Source: Candidatus Falkowbacteria bacterium
GTDB lineage: Bacteria; Patescibacteriota; Patescibacteriia; Patescibacteriales; Patescibacteriaceae
Direction: 5' to 3'
DNA length: 64,000 nt
Assembly (NCBI GenBank): GCA_026396835.1
Contig: JAPLWA010000005.1
Coordinates: 7,435-71,434 of the forward strand
Both the position numbers and the translations under genes were made by a program. Position 1 is the first letter of the stretch. Each line of letters opens with the position of its first letter. The notes under the pieces were generated by a model. The model did not search any database, was not told the DNA's origin, and saw only the letters and a program-made list of their open reading frames with translations. Below are positions 45,482 through 56,415 of this stretch, in pieces.

Positions 45482-46417
45482 ATGTTCTGGTCAATTTTCA
45501 TCACAATTTTCGGTCTATGCTTATTTGAAATTATCAGCAGCATTGATAATGCTGTAGTAAACGCGCATGTTTTAAAAACCATGCCAGAAAAATATCGAAA
45601 GATATTTCTTTTCTGGGGACTTTTATTTGCCATTGTCTTAGTGCGCGGATTACTGCCATTTTTAATTGTTTGGTTTGCTAATCCTGCTTTTAACATCATT
45701 GAAGTTTTTACGGCTGTCTGGTCTAATGATCCAAGAATAATTGGCTATTTAGAGGCTTCTAAAGGCTTGTTGCTTCTTGGTGGTGGCGTTTATCTTTGGC
45801 TAACTTTTTTAAGTTGGCTTTTTTTAGAAGAAAAGAAATATGCTTTTTTAGTAGAAAGCTTTATTCATAAACAAGGGCTCTGGTTTTATTCTATAACTTC
45901 GCTCTGTACGGTTTTAATTGTCTGGCTGTCCTTAAAAATAGACCCAATGTTAGCTCTAGCGGCGACGATCGGACTAACTGCCTTCTTCATAACTGATGGA
46001 TTTAGAAAAAATGCCGAGAAAGCTGAAAACAGCCTAATAAAGAATACCCGGATGAGTGCCTGGAGTAAAATTCTATACTTAGAAATCTTAGATGCGTCAT
46101 TCTCAATCGATGGCGTTATTGGTGCCTTTGCTTTTACTATGAGCGTTCCTTTGATTATTATTGGTAACGGCATAGGTGCAATTGTAGTTCGTGAATTTAC
46201 TGTTCGCGGTATGAATATTATTTCTAAGTATGCTTATTTAAAAAATGGAGCGATGTATTCAATCGGCATGTTAGGTGGATTAATGATTGCGGAAAGTTTA
46301 GGGCAGGTTTTTCCTTTTTGGTTAGCACCATTAAATACAGCAATTCTAATAGTTGTTTTCTTTTTCCTGTCAATTAAAGAAATTGAAGAGAAAAAAGCTT
46401 TAAGTCAAAAAAGTTAA
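45482..46417 (+). CDS. DUF475/TerC-like integral membrane protein
   Basis: The SSIDNAVVNA and SFSIDGVIGAFA motif pair, and a polytopic profile. Confidence 0.6.
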   Translation: MFWSIFITIFGLCLFEIISSIDNAVVNAHVLKTMPEKYRKIFLFWGLLFAIVLVRGLLPFLIVWFANPAFNIIEVFTAVWSNDPRIIGYLEASKGLLLLGGGVYLWLTFLSWLFLEEKKYAFLVESFIHKQGLWFYSITSLCTVLIVWLSLKIDPMLALAATIGLTAFFITDGFRKNAEKAENSLIKNTRMSAWSKILYLEILDASFSIDGVIGAFAFTMSVPLIIIGNGIGAIVVREFTVRGMNIISKYAYLKNGAMYSIGMLGGLMIAESLGQVFPFWLAPLNTAILIVVFFFLSIKEIEEKKALSQKS

Positions 46418-46471
46418 AATCTTATTAAACTACCAAAGAACATTTTAGAACTATCCTTAAAGCTATTAACC

Positions 46472-47656
46472 TTGCTTATTGTTTTAATATATTTATTTTT
46501 AGAGATTATATCTTTTTTTAGAAGCAACTTTTTAGCCATAACACTGGAGACCTTCTCTCATTACCAATTCGAGACAACAGAGCTATTATTTATTTTTCTA
46601 CTTTTAACTTGGCTAATATTGCTTATAGCCAAGACAACGCTAGACAAAAAATTTAAAATTGCTATATTCATTGTTTTATTTCTCTGCTTTATATCGCCTC
46701 CACTATTAGCGGTTGATACTACGGCTTACGCCTTGAACGCCGAAGTAATTTACACCAACATTCAAAATCCCTACACTACGCCACTAAATGCGGCAACGGT
46801 CCCGAAAGAACTAAGTGACGTTTGGTGGATGGCACTACCTTCGCCTTATGGCCCGGCTTTTTTATTAATTACTTTTATTCCCTGGCTAATTAGTTTTTCT
46901 AGCTTATTTGCTTTTATTTACGCCTACAAACTATTTGCCCTAGTTGCCTTTTTAGCTTCTGCTTGGCTTTTTTCTAAACTAAGACAAAGAGAAAATGCTC
47001 CGGCCTATCTTGATCTACTATTTATACTAAATCCAGCTTTGATCATTAACCTGGTTCTTGAGGGACATAATGAGGTATTTATAATATTATTCTTATTATT
47101 ATTCTTATATACTTCTGACAAGCCGCTAAAAAAACTTGGCTACATGACTATGGCAGTGCTAATAAAATTCAGCACATTTTTAGCTTGGCCCTTGATTTGG
47201 TTTAAAAACTCTAAATTCAATCTAAAATCTTTTGTAAAATCAAATATTTTTTTGTTAATTATTGGCCTAATATTTTTTAAAGTCATAAATCTACTGCCTC
47301 AGGATTTTCTAAAGCAAAACGTACTCTTTATAAACAACGCCTGTTTCTATAAATGCTCTCCAATCTATAGCCTGGGTAATCACTTGCCAAATTTGTTTGG
47401 AGATTATTTTAAAATTATTACTTTTTTGTTGGCCTACTTGTTCATACTATATTGGTTCCTGATTAAGAGATACGAGCCGCTTAAATTTATAGTCTGGTCT
47501 TTTGTTGCCTTGTTTTTTATTACCACAAAATGGCTAACTCCCTGGTATCCAACCATAATCATTCCTTTTAGTTTATTGCTAAATAATAAAAAATACTTGC
47601 TTATCAGTGCATTAATTACTGCATATTGCCTTCTGCACTATATATTACTAATATAA
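46472..47656 (+). CDS. large polytopic membrane protein (possibly a GT-C-type glycosyltransferase)
   Basis: 394 aa with at least 10 TM helices. TTG start as given by the ORF track. The function is a guess from topology. Confidence 0.4.
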   Translation: MLIVLIYLFLEIISFFRSNFLAITLETFSHYQFETTELLFIFLLLTWLILLIAKTTLDKKFKIAIFIVLFLCFISPPLLAVDTTAYALNAEVIYTNIQNPYTTPLNAATVPKELSDVWWMALPSPYGPAFLLITFIPWLISFSSLFAFIYAYKLFALVAFLASAWLFSKLRQRENAPAYLDLLFILNPALIINLVLEGHNEVFIILFLLLFLYTSDKPLKKLGYMTMAVLIKFSTFLAWPLIWFKNSKFNLKSFVKSNIFLLIIGLIFFKVINLLPQDFLKQNVLFINNACFYKCSPIYSLGNHLPNLFGDYFKIITFLLAYLFILYWFLIKRYEPLKFIVWSFVALFFITTKWLTPWYPTIIIPFSLLLNNKKYLLISALITAYCLLHYILLI

Positions 47657-47747
47657 TTCTAGTTAATAAGACAAAATAGCCCAAAAAGGGCTATTTTTTT
47701 ATTGTCTGAGATGCTAATATTTAATTAGTTAATCACTAAAGCAAACT

Positions 47748-50276
47748 ATGGCTGAAGCTAAAAAATATCAGGGCCTAAGCAGTTCTGAGGCGATCCTAAA
47801 GCTAAAACAATTTGGACCAAACATCATTACAAAACAAAAAAGATTTAGTTCCTTTGTCATGTTCTTCAAAAAACTAACCAGCCCACTATTCCTCTTAATG
47901 ATAAGTATTTCAGTGGTATCTTTTGTTATTGGACAAAGAACCAGCGCCATCTTTGTTATTATGATGGTAATTTTATCAGCCGTCTTTGATTTCATTAACT
48001 CGTATAAATCACAAAAAGTCGTAGAAAAACTAGCCACTCGCGTTAGTACAAAAGTTACTATTTTACGTGATGGTAAAAAACAAGAGCTTCCTCTCGCCGA
48101 CGTTGTGCCTGATGATATTTTATTTCTATCAGCCGGAAACATAATTCCAGCTGATTGCCAGTTAGTTGAAAGCGATGACTTTTTCGTTGATCAATCAGCC
48201 CTAACTGGCGAATCAATGCCTTGTGAGAAAGTGGCTTCAAATAAAAGAATAAACAAAAATAATACGGCCGAAGATGAAAATGTAATATTCATGGGAACTA
48301 GCGTGGTTAGTGGATTTGGTACTGCTTTAGTTTTAAAAACCGGCAAAGAAACCAAGTTTGGTAAAATTGCTGGCGAACTAGATAAAGCGGAGCCAAAAAC
48401 AAATTTTGAAATTAGCATAACCAAGTTCAGTTTATTTATCATGCGCTTAGTTTTTTATATGGTGAGCTTCGTTTTAATGGTTTACCTCATAAAAAATTTC
48501 CAGCATTTAAATAAAAATTCCATCCTAGAAGCTATAACTTTTTCACTGGCGGTTACGCTTGGTGTTACACCTGACATGCTACCAGCAATTATTACTTTTT
48601 GTTTAAGCCGCGGTTCAAAAATGATGGCCAAGAAAAAAGTTATCGTAAAACACTTATCTTCAATTGAAAACTTCGGTAGCATGGATATTCTATGTACTGA
48701 CAAGACCGGAACTTTAACTCAAAATCACATCAGCTTGGTTAAATACACTGACTATGAAGGCAAGGATTCTGCTAAGGTCCTAGAGTTTGGTCGGGCTAGT
48801 AGCTATTTCCACACAGGAATTCAAAACCCAATGGATAATGCTATTAACGAATATCAAGCTGGAGAAGTTGTAGGATTTGAGAAAATTGATGAAATTCCTT
48901 ATGACTTTGAACGTCGCCGCAGCTCAATGGTTGTTAAGAAGGATGATAAGAAATTTCTAATCACCAAAGGAGCGCCCGAAGCGGTTATTAGTATTTGTAA
49001 TCAATATGAGCTGGACAATAAAATAGTTAAGGACAAATCAGCCAGCAATATAATTCAAGAAAAATTTGAAAACTTAAGCAAAGACGGCTTTAGAGTACTA
49101 GCTCTTTGCTACAAAGAAATCATAGCCGATGATAGTCAAAAATCTTTTGATAAAAATGAGGAAAACAATATGACCTTCATTGGTTTTCTTAGCTTCCTCG
49201 ATCCGGCCAAGGAAACAGTAAAACAAACAATTGTTGAATTAGAACAGCTCGGTGTAGAAATTAAAATTTTAACCGGTGATAACGAATTACTATCAGAAAA
49301 GATTTGTCGCGACATCGGTCTTGATATTAAAGGAACAATCACTGGTGAAGAAATGGAGAAGTTAAATGATGACCAGCTAAGTAACAAATTGCCAAATCTA
49401 AGTATTTTTGCGCGCATTGACCCAATACAGAAAGAAAGAATTATTTTAATTCTAAAAAAGGCTGGTAAAACCGTCGGCTTTTTAGGTGATGGAATTAATG
49501 ATGCGCCCGCTTTACGCGCCGCCGATGTTGGCGTTTCAGTTAATAACGCCGTCGATATTGCCAAAGAAACTGCAGATATTATTTTATTAGAAAAAAATCT
49601 TGAAACATTGAAAGACGGTGTCATCGAAGGTCGCAAAACTTTTCACAATACTTTGAAATATATTTTGATGGGTCTATCATCTAATTTTGGCAATATGTTT
49701 TCGATGATGGGCGCCGCAACCTTCTTGCCTTTCTTGCCGATGCTGCCTGGTCAAATATTATTTAACAATTTTATTTACGATGCTTCACAGTTTTCACTAC
49801 CAACCGACACGGTCGATGAAGATGAGTTATTAAAACCAACTCACTGGGATCTCGGTTTTGTTAAAAAATACATGCTGGTCTTTGGTTGGATTAGTTCTTT
49901 ATTTGATTTCCTAACTTTCTTCTTATTATTCTCGGTTTACCATTTAGGAGAAAGCCAATTCCAAACTGGTTGGTTTATTGAATCTATCGCAACACAAATT
50001 CTAGTTATCTATATAATAAGAACCAAAAAAATTCCGTTCATAAAGAGTCGCCCAAGCAAGGCCTTACTAATTACTACCTTGTCAGCTGTGGCAATTGCCT
50101 GGATAATTCCATTCACTTTCCTTGGAAGAATTATGGGTTTTGGAACACTACCAATTTCACTAATGGCCTTTATCTTCGGCTATGTCCTCATATACCTAGG
50201 CATAGTTGAAATAGCTAAAAGAATCTTTTATCATCAACATAATAAGCGCTTACAAAAGACCCTAAGAGCTGCTTAA
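47748..50276 (+). CDS. mgtA: Mg2+-transporting P-type ATPase (MgtA-like)
   Basis: TGES (LTGESMPCEK), [27 protein letters not shown], and SSNFGNMFS typical of the MgtA/B group. Confidence 0.8.
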   Translation: MAEAKKYQGLSSSEAILKLKQFGPNIITKQKRFSSFVMFFKKLTSPLFLLMISISVVSFVIGQRTSAIFVIMMVILSAVFDFINSYKSQKVVEKLATRVSTKVTILRDGKKQELPLADVVPDDILFLSAGNIIPADCQLVESDDFFVDQSALTGESMPCEKVASNKRINKNNTAEDENVIFMGTSVVSGFGTALVLKTGKETKFGKIAGELDKAEPKTNFEISITKFSLFIMRLVFYMVSFVLMVYLIKNFQHLNKNSILEAITFSLAVTLGVTPDMLPAIITFCLSRGSKMMAKKKVIVKHLSSIENFGSMDILCTDKTGTLTQNHISLVKYTDYEGKDSAKVLEFGRASSYFHTGIQNPMDNAINEYQAGEVVGFEKIDEIPYDFERRRSSMVVKKDDKKFLITKGAPEAVISICNQYELDNKIVKDKSASNIIQEKFENLSKDGFRVLALCYKEIIADDSQKSFDKNEENNMTFIGFLSFLDPAKETVKQTIVELEQLGVEIKILTGDNELLSEKICRDIGLDIKGTITGEEMEKLNDDQLSNKLPNLSIFARIDPIQKERIILILKKAGKTVGFLGDGINDAPALRAADVGVSVNNAVDIAKETADIILLEKNLETLKDGVIEGRKTFHNTLKYILMGLSSNFGNMFSMMGAATFLPFLPMLPGQILFNNFIYDASQFSLPTDTVDEDELLKPTHWDLGFVKKYMLVFGWISSLFDFLTFFLLFSVYHLGESQFQTGWFIESIATQILVIYIIRTKKIPFIKSRPSKALLITTLSAVAIAWIIPFTFLGRIMGFGTLPISLMAFIFGYVLIYLGIVEIAKRIFYHQHNKRLQKTLRAA

Positions 50277-50353
50277 AAAACAGTATATTGCTTAGTAAAA
50301 GCCTTAATGTTAAATTACATTAAAGCTTTTACTATTGACTTATTAGAAATATT

Positions 50354-50800
50354 ATGTTAATTATTAGCTATTGCTTAAACTTAAAATGGGAGTTAGAAGT
50401 GAAAACCGTAAAAAGTTCTTTGGAAAATTTATTTATCTATCTAGTTCTGTTCTCGCCGATGATTTATACTTGGCTCGTTCTTACACATGTAATTCACGGC
50501 TGGTACGGATGGGCCTACATTGTAGTATTTATCGTTCTATCGCTTGCATCATTCTTCTTAATCGAAAGAAAAGAAGAAGAAAGGGTTTTTAGAATAGCTT
50601 ACAGCGGCTCATTAATAGCCAACGTATTTGTATATGCATTCCTAAAATGGTCATTTAATTTAATTGGTCCCGGCTCTGAATCAACCTCGATCATATTAGG
50701 CATTTGGTTTATTTTGCTGGCCCTTTGTGGTGTTATAATGAACATCGGTAAAAACAATGAGGAGTACGTAGCAATAGGTTCATTGGGTTCATTTCTATGA
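50354..50800 (+). CDS. membrane protein, unknown function
   Basis: 148 aa with 4 hydrophobic helices. Confidence 0.4.
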   Translation: MLIISYCLNLKWELEVKTVKSSLENLFIYLVLFSPMIYTWLVLTHVIHGWYGWAYIVVFIVLSLASFFLIERKEEERVFRIAYSGSLIANVFVYAFLKWSFNLIGPGSESTSIILGIWFILLALCGVIMNIGKNNEEYVAIGSLGSFL

Positions 50801-50909
50801 ACGAAATTTTAAAAAACAACCCTCTTTGATTATTCAAGGAGGGTTGAATTACATTTAGGGACAATTTTATATATTTGATTTTCTTGGTTTATTGGATTAT
50901 ATTAACAAT

Positions 50910-51131
50910 ATGGAAAATATTAAAATAGAACAAACTGGCATGCCGCAAGATCCCCTGGCTGTTATCCATATTATCAAAGTAGCGCTTGGCCCAATGGGGG
51001 GGAATGACTACGAGTTTAGTGAGCTGGACCGAATAGGCAGGGAATTTAGCCAAGGTAAAATAACCCGAGAAGACGCTATTACAGCGGCTTATGCTATAAA
51101 AAGCGCCAAAGACGCTTATGATTATCATTAA
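50910..51131 (+). CDS. small hypothetical protein
   Basis: The ORF-track ORF begins at TTG 50892. The first ATG is at 50910 (MENIKIEQ...). Confidence 0.4.
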   Translation: MENIKIEQTGMPQDPLAVIHIIKVALGPMGGNDYEFSELDRIGREFSQGKITREDAITAAYAIKSAKDAYDYH

Positions 51132-51258
51132 AGATAATCAATTAAAATGACTGTAAAATAGGCTAAATCTAGAAAGCCTATTTTTTATTTTATTAGAAAA
51201 TTAAAATTGTGATATAATAATATCCAATGCCTCGCTAGGGGTAATAAAATAAAATAAT

Positions 51259-51939
51259 ATGAAAAAAATATTGTTTGCTTTAATTGCGTTTTCTTTAGTT
51301 TTTGGCACAGTTGCCATGGCTAAAGAAGGCGAAAAGAAAGCCGATAAACCAGTAACTATGGTTGAGGTTAAGAAAGAACAAGAAAAAATCTCTTCGCCAG
51401 ACGATGTTGTTAACTTTACAAACATCGTAAAGAAGGGCAAGGAGTTATTTGGCATGAGAAAAATAATCTTAGAAAAGATTACTCACCCATCAGAAATTGA
51501 GCATTTTGAAAAAGTTAAGAAACTAGGTAATGCTTTATGGGGAATGCGAAAAGACGATAATCAAGCCTTAGTGCGACCAGAAGCCGCATCATGCGTTAAG
51601 ACCGCCTTTGACAAAAGAGACGCTACTCTAAAGAGCGGTATAACAACAGGTACAACAACTTTGTTGTCTACAATTGACACTCGCACTACTTGCCAAAAAG
51701 CAGCTCTAGATAAAACAACCGTTAAAGAGCAGAAAGAAGCTAATAAAGTTTGTGTTGAAACTTTTAAGAAAGCAATTGAAAGCGGAAAAGAAGCTACTAA
51801 AAAATACCGAGACAATGTCTGGCAGACATTTAACAGCGATCTTAAAGCCTGTAATCTATTGCAAGCCAGCAACGTACCAGCTAACACGACTTCAACAGAT
51901 ATTAAAATTGAAGATGGTGGACTTGGCATGGAATTCTAA
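51259..51939 (+). CDS. secreted protein, unknown function
   Basis: Signal peptide MKKILFALIAFSLVFGTVAMA. K/E/T-rich with 4 Cys. Confidence 0.5.
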   Translation: MKKILFALIAFSLVFGTVAMAKEGEKKADKPVTMVEVKKEQEKISSPDDVVNFTNIVKKGKELFGMRKIILEKITHPSEIEHFEKVKKLGNALWGMRKDDNQALVRPEAASCVKTAFDKRDATLKSGITTGTTTLLSTIDTRTTCQKAALDKTTVKEQKEANKVCVETFKKAIESGKEATKKYRDNVWQTFNSDLKACNLLQASNVPANTTSTDIKIEDGGLGMEF

Positions 51940-51964
51940 AAAATGTTAATAAGTTAAAACAAAA

Positions 51965-51987
51965 GACCTCCGAAAGGAGGTTTTTTG
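51965..51987 (+). terminator. intrinsic terminator
   Basis: GACCTCC GAAA GGAGGT followed by TTTTTGTTTTTT. Confidence 0.85.
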
Positions 51988-52011
51988 TTTTTTGTTAGCG
52001 TTTTTATCGGC

Positions 52012-52041
52012 TTGACCTAATACCCCCAGGGGGTATATACT
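52012..52041 (+). promoter_or_regulatory. csoR-copA promoter: -35 TTGACC (52012..52017), -10 TATATA/TATACT (52034..52041)
   Basis: Sigma-70-like hexamers with 16-18 bp spacing, about 10 nt upstream of the csoR ATG. Confidence 0.6.
52020..52036. promoter_or_regulatory. CsoR operator: 17-bp palindrome ATACCCCCAGGGGGTAT
   Basis: Perfect dyad with a G/C-tract core. It matches the known CsoR operator architecture (ATACCC-N-GGGTAT type) and sits inside the promoter spacer. Confidence 0.8.
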
Positions 52042-52050
52042 GTTTGGTAT

Positions 52051-52314
52051 ATGACAAACAACAATCAAAAACTTATAAGACGTCTCAAAATTATTGAGGG
52101 TCAAGTTAGGGGCTTACAGGAAATGATAAATAGTAATGCCTACTGCATTGATATCATTACTCAAACCTCAGCTGTTAAACAAGCTCTATCCGGCGTTGAA
52201 GACGCCTTGATGGAAAATCATCTTGGTGGCTGCTTAGTCCATCAGATTAAAAAGGGCAAAGAAGCTAAGGCTAAAGAAGAAATCTTAAAAGTCTATCGAC
52301 TTAAAAGAAAATAA
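52051..52314 (+). CDS. csoR: CsoR/RcnR family metal-sensing repressor
   Basis: 87 aa. [16 protein letters not shown], and the C...H...C ligand pattern (YCIDI...ENHLGGC). Confidence 0.85.
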   Translation: MTNNNQKLIRRLKIIEGQVRGLQEMINSNAYCIDIITQTSAVKQALSGVEDALMENHLGGCLVHQIKKGKEAKAKEEILKVYRLKRK

Positions 52315-52316
52315 AT

Positions 52317-55300
52317 ATGAGCGAAGAAAAAAATATTATTAACAGCAGTAGTCATGCTAACCAAAAAATAAGCTTGTCGCTTTTTGGTATGCACTGTTCT
52401 TCTTGTGCCACCTTAATAGAGCGCTCCTTACAAAAAGCTCCTGGTGTTAAACAAGCGACGGTCAACTTTGCAGCTGAAAAGGCTAGTATTATCTTTGATG
52501 AAAATCAAACCAAAATACTAAACCTAATTGAAGCTGTAAACAAAGCTGGCTACAAAGCAGAGACAATTGACGCTAAAGATAGTGACTATGACAGAAAGAA
52601 GCGCGAGAAAGAAACTAGTTTATATTTTAAAAAATTTCTATTTAGCTTAGCTCTCAGCTTGCCCATGTTATATTTCATGTTGCTTGATTTCTTTGCTAGC
52701 CCGGGCAAAACAGCCATCCTACCTTTTATTGGTATTATTTCTCTAATTCTTACCATACCTATCCAGTTTATTATTGGAGCTGGATTTTATAAGGCCATGT
52801 GGTCATCACTTAAGATGAAAACCTTCAACATGGATAGTTTAATTGCAATTGGTACCTCAACTGCTTTTATATATAGCCTTGTTAATTTTGTAGATTACTT
52901 TTTAAAAACTGGGTCAATTGTTGGTCTTGGCGGTAAAATACCTGAACTATACTTTGAGACCGCTGCTTTTCTAATTACTTTTGTTATTCTCGGAAAGTGG
53001 TTAGAAATACGTACCAAGGGCAAAACGGGAGATGCTATCAAGAAACTAATGGGCTTACAAGCTAAAACTGCTCGTGTAATTCGTAATAACACAACATCTG
53101 ATATTCCAATAGAAAATGTGGTTCATGGAGACATTGTCCTAGTAAGACCAGGCGAAAAAATACCTGTTGATGGAAAAATAATTAAAGGCTCTTCGGCCAT
53201 AGATGAATCAATGATTACTGGAGAAAGTTTGCCGGTAGAAAAAAATGTGGGCGATAACGTTATTGGAAGCACGATTAACAAGGTTGGAAGTTTTGAATTT
53301 GAGGTTACAAAAATTGGTAGCGAAACAACTTTGGCACAAATCATACGTTTAATTGAAGATGCTCAAGGATCAAAAGCGCCGATTCAAGGCTTTGCCGACA
53401 GAGTGTCAGCTGTCTTTGTACCAACTGTTATTAGTTTAGCTATTATTACTTTTCTAGTTTGGTTTTTCTTTTTAGGCGCAACTCTATCATTTGCCTTAAT
53501 GGCCTTCACAGCCGTGATCGTAATCGCCTGCCCTTGCGCACTAGGACTTGCTACACCAACCTCATTAATGGTTGGAACTGGTAAGGGTGCTGAATATGGA
53601 GTACTAGTAAAAGGCGGTGAACCTTTAGAAGCGGCTTGCAATATTACAGCAATAATTTTTGATAAAACCAGAACTCTAACTAAAGGTAAACCAGAAGTAA
53701 CAGATATTATCGCTTTAGGAAAAATTGATGAAAATAAAATTTTAGCAATTTCAGCAAGTCTAGAAAAGTTATCTGAGCATCCATTAGCCGAGGCAATTTA
53801 CTCTTACGCTGATAAAAAATTAATTAGTCTTGAGGAAATTAATAACTTTACAGCTCTTCCTGGACACGGCGTTAAAGGAATAATTGATAGCACAGAATAT
53901 TATTTTGGAAATCGCCGTTTGATTAGCGAAACTCTTAATCATTCAATTGACAATATTAATGAGCAACTAATTAAATTAGAGGCACAGGGCAAGACTGCGA
54001 TGCTGCTAGCTAACCAAGAAGAAGTGGTAGGTATCATTGCTGTGGCAGACACCATTAAAACAACTTCCAAGGAAGCCATTACTAAATTAAAAAAACTAGG
54101 CATTGCCGTTTATATGATAACCGGGGATAACGAACGTACTGCCAAAGCGATTGCTGCACAAGTTGGCATAGACAATGTTTTAGCCGAAGTTCTACCTAAA
54201 GATAAGGCCAATGAAGTAAAGAAACTTCAAGCAGCAAACTATAAAGTGGCTATGGTAGGAGATGGAATTAATGATGCCCCGGCCCTAGCACAAGCCGACT
54301 TGGGGATTGCTATGGGTTCAGGCACAGATGTTGCTATGGAAGCTGGCGGAATTGTAATTATGAAAGATGATCTAAATGACGTAGTAACCGCTTTTCAGCT
54401 ATCACGAGAAACGATGAGTAAAATAAAACAAAACATGTTTTTTGCTTTGTTCTATAACATCATCGGTATACCGATTGCGGCCCGTATTTTTATTGGCTTC
54501 GGCTTGGTCTTAAAGCCAGAATTAGCCGGCCTAGCCATGGCCATGAGCTCTATTTCAGTAGTTGGCAATTCATTGTTATTACGTTACTTTAAACCAAATA
54601 AAAAAAACTATCTTTCAATAATGGCACCAATAATCATGGTTTTGGTTTTTACTTTTGGCTTTTTTCAATTTGCTAAGCTAAGTTCTGGCATGGAAGACAA
54701 AAACATGGCAAAACTTGTATCAATTGAAGCGGCTACTAATTTGAATTCTTTTCTAGCTAGCAATGAAAGTAAAATTAATTTTGCCAAAGAAAGTCCTAAA
54801 TTATTTTTAGGCACTGACAGTTTACCGAACATATTGAAAATAAAAACCGGCACATTAACTTTAGGCAATGACGAAATGATAATTGGTTACAATGAGGGCA
54901 TGATGATGATAAAAGAAAAACTAATTAACAAACCGGGGGATAATTTAACTGATTTCTTTGGTTTAGCTAATGTAAAAATAGTTGGAATACTTACACAAAC
55001 TGGAACCCTGATTGATGATTATCATTTTATTAATAATAAAACTTTAGCCAAAATGACAAACGTCGCTAACATACAAATTATAGCCGACAAAGAAAACGTT
55101 GATATATTTTATAAAGGTGATAAAAATAGTCTGCCAGATAAACTAAAAAATAGTATTAATAGTTTTGAAAAAATAAAAATTAATAACAAAGAATATTGGC
55201 AAGTTTATATCGGCTACAGCGACGCACAAATGATGATAAACGAAAAAGAGTTTAGTAAACCCGGTGATATTATTGAAGATTTTTCTGGTAACAATGTTGT

Positions 55301-55379
55301 AATTGGAGGTGTCTTACCAAAGACAAATACAATTCTTGATCAAATGCATTTTGTTAATAAAAATTTTATTATTAAATAA
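52317..55379 (+). CDS. copA: copper-translocating P1B-type ATPase with an unusual ~230-aa C-terminal extension
   Basis: HMA domain [12 protein letters not shown], the CPC motif ([11 protein letters not shown]), [10 protein letters not shown] (R replaces the canonical G of DKTGT) and [10 protein letters not shown]. After the last canonical TM there is one more hydrophobic helix and an internally duplicated domain. Confidence 0.9.
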   Translation: MSEEKNIINSSSHANQKISLSLFGMHCSSCATLIERSLQKAPGVKQATVNFAAEKASIIFDENQTKILNLIEAVNKAGYKAETIDAKDSDYDRKKREKETSLYFKKFLFSLALSLPMLYFMLLDFFASPGKTAILPFIGIISLILTIPIQFIIGAGFYKAMWSSLKMKTFNMDSLIAIGTSTAFIYSLVNFVDYFLKTGSIVGLGGKIPELYFETAAFLITFVILGKWLEIRTKGKTGDAIKKLMGLQAKTARVIRNNTTSDIPIENVVHGDIVLVRPGEKIPVDGKIIKGSSAIDESMITGESLPVEKNVGDNVIGSTINKVGSFEFEVTKIGSETTLAQIIRLIEDAQGSKAPIQGFADRVSAVFVPTVISLAIITFLVWFFFLGATLSFALMAFTAVIVIACPCALGLATPTSLMVGTGKGAEYGVLVKGGEPLEAACNITAIIFDKTRTLTKGKPEVTDIIALGKIDENKILAISASLEKLSEHPLAEAIYSYADKKLISLEEINNFTALPGHGVKGIIDSTEYYFGNRRLISETLNHSIDNINEQLIKLEAQGKTAMLLANQEEVVGIIAVADTIKTTSKEAITKLKKLGIAVYMITGDNERTAKAIAAQVGIDNVLAEVLPKDKANEVKKLQAANYKVAMVGDGINDAPALAQADLGIAMGSGTDVAMEAGGIVIMKDDLNDVVTAFQLSRETMSKIKQNMFFALFYNIIGIPIAARIFIGFGLVLKPELAGLAMAMSSISVVGNSLLLRYFKPNKKNYLSIMAPIIMVLVFTFGFFQFAKLSSGMEDKNMAKLVSIEAATNLNSFLASNESKINFAKESPKLFLGTDSLPNILKIKTGTLTLGNDEMIIGYNEGMMMIKEKLINKPGDNLTDFFGLANVKIVGILTQTGTLIDDYHFINNKTLAKMTNVANIQIIADKENVDIFYKGDKNSLPDKLKNSINSFEKIKINNKEYWQVYIGYSDAQMMINEKEFSKPGDIIEDFSGNNVVIGGVLPKTNTILDQMHFVNKNFIIK

Positions 55380-55382
55380 CAT

Positions 55383-56411
55383 ATGGAAAAAAATTATACT
55401 TTTTATGTTAAAGGTATGCACTGCCCATCATGTGTAATTTTAACCGAAACAGAAAGCAAGGAAGTGGCGGGCGTTATAGACGCTAAAGCTAGCCTTGATA
55501 AAAACACATTAGAAATAAGCGGCGATTTTAGCAATGAAACAATTGCAGAAACTAAAAAACGTCTTAATGAATCATTAACTAAACATGGCTATAGCTTAAG
55601 TGATTCACCTGAAGAACAAAACTCCGACAAGTGGGCTGGTTTTAACATTGCTATTCCAACGACAATTTTAATCATTGCTTTATTTATCGCTTTACAAAAA
55701 CTGGGTTTAGCTAATTTAATTCAAGCCTCAAGTGTTAGCTATAGCACGGCTTTTGTGATTGGTATCGTTGCCTCTCTATCAACCTGTATGGCAGTAGTTG
55801 GTGGTTTAGCTCTTTCTCTATCAGCCAGCTTCGCTAAGCAGGGCAATTCAGCCAAGCCGCATATTATGTTTCATGCTGGTCGTTTGATTGGCTTCTTCTT
55901 ACTTGGTGGTTTAATTGGGGTTTTAGGTGGATCATTTCAACTCGGCGCCTTTGGCACTTCAACACTAAATATAATCATTGCACTAGTCATGCTCGGCCTA
56001 GGTATTAATTTATTAAATATTTTTTCCTGGAGTCATCGCTTACAGATTACCATGCCAAAAGGTTTATCTAAAAATCTACTACAACTAAAAAGCCTTAACA
56101 CAGTTATTACCCCCTTTATCATTGGTGCTGTCACTTTCTTCTTGCCTTGTGGCTTTACTCAATCAATGCAGCTTTACGCTTTATCAACCCACAGCTTTAT
56201 AAACGGCGCCATGATAATGCTAGTCTTTGCTTTAGGCACCCTACCAATCTTAAGCTTAATCAGCTTTGGCTCTAGAATTGCCGAGAAATTAAAAGCCAAT
56301 ACAAGCACACTCTTCAAAACTATGGGCTTAATTATTATCTGCTTTGCCTTATTTAACATAATAAACAGCCTGGCGGCCCTAGGAATTATTCCGCCAATTT
56401 TTAACTTCTAA
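55383..56411 (+). CDS. HMA-domain + DsbD_2/TauE-like polytopic membrane protein
   Basis: N-terminal GMHCPSCV metal-binding domain followed by about 6 TM helices, with Cys in the membrane (STCM, LPCGF). Confidence 0.65.
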   Translation: MEKNYTFYVKGMHCPSCVILTETESKEVAGVIDAKASLDKNTLEISGDFSNETIAETKKRLNESLTKHGYSLSDSPEEQNSDKWAGFNIAIPTTILIIALFIALQKLGLANLIQASSVSYSTAFVIGIVASLSTCMAVVGGLALSLSASFAKQGNSAKPHIMFHAGRLIGFFLLGGLIGVLGGSFQLGAFGTSTLNIIIALVMLGLGINLLNIFSWSHRLQITMPKGLSKNLLQLKSLNTVITPFIIGAVTFFLPCGFTQSMQLYALSTHSFINGAMIMLVFALGTLPILSLISFGSRIAEKLKANTSTLFKTMGLIIICFALFNIINSLAALGIIPPIFNF

Positions 56412-56415
56412 AAAT

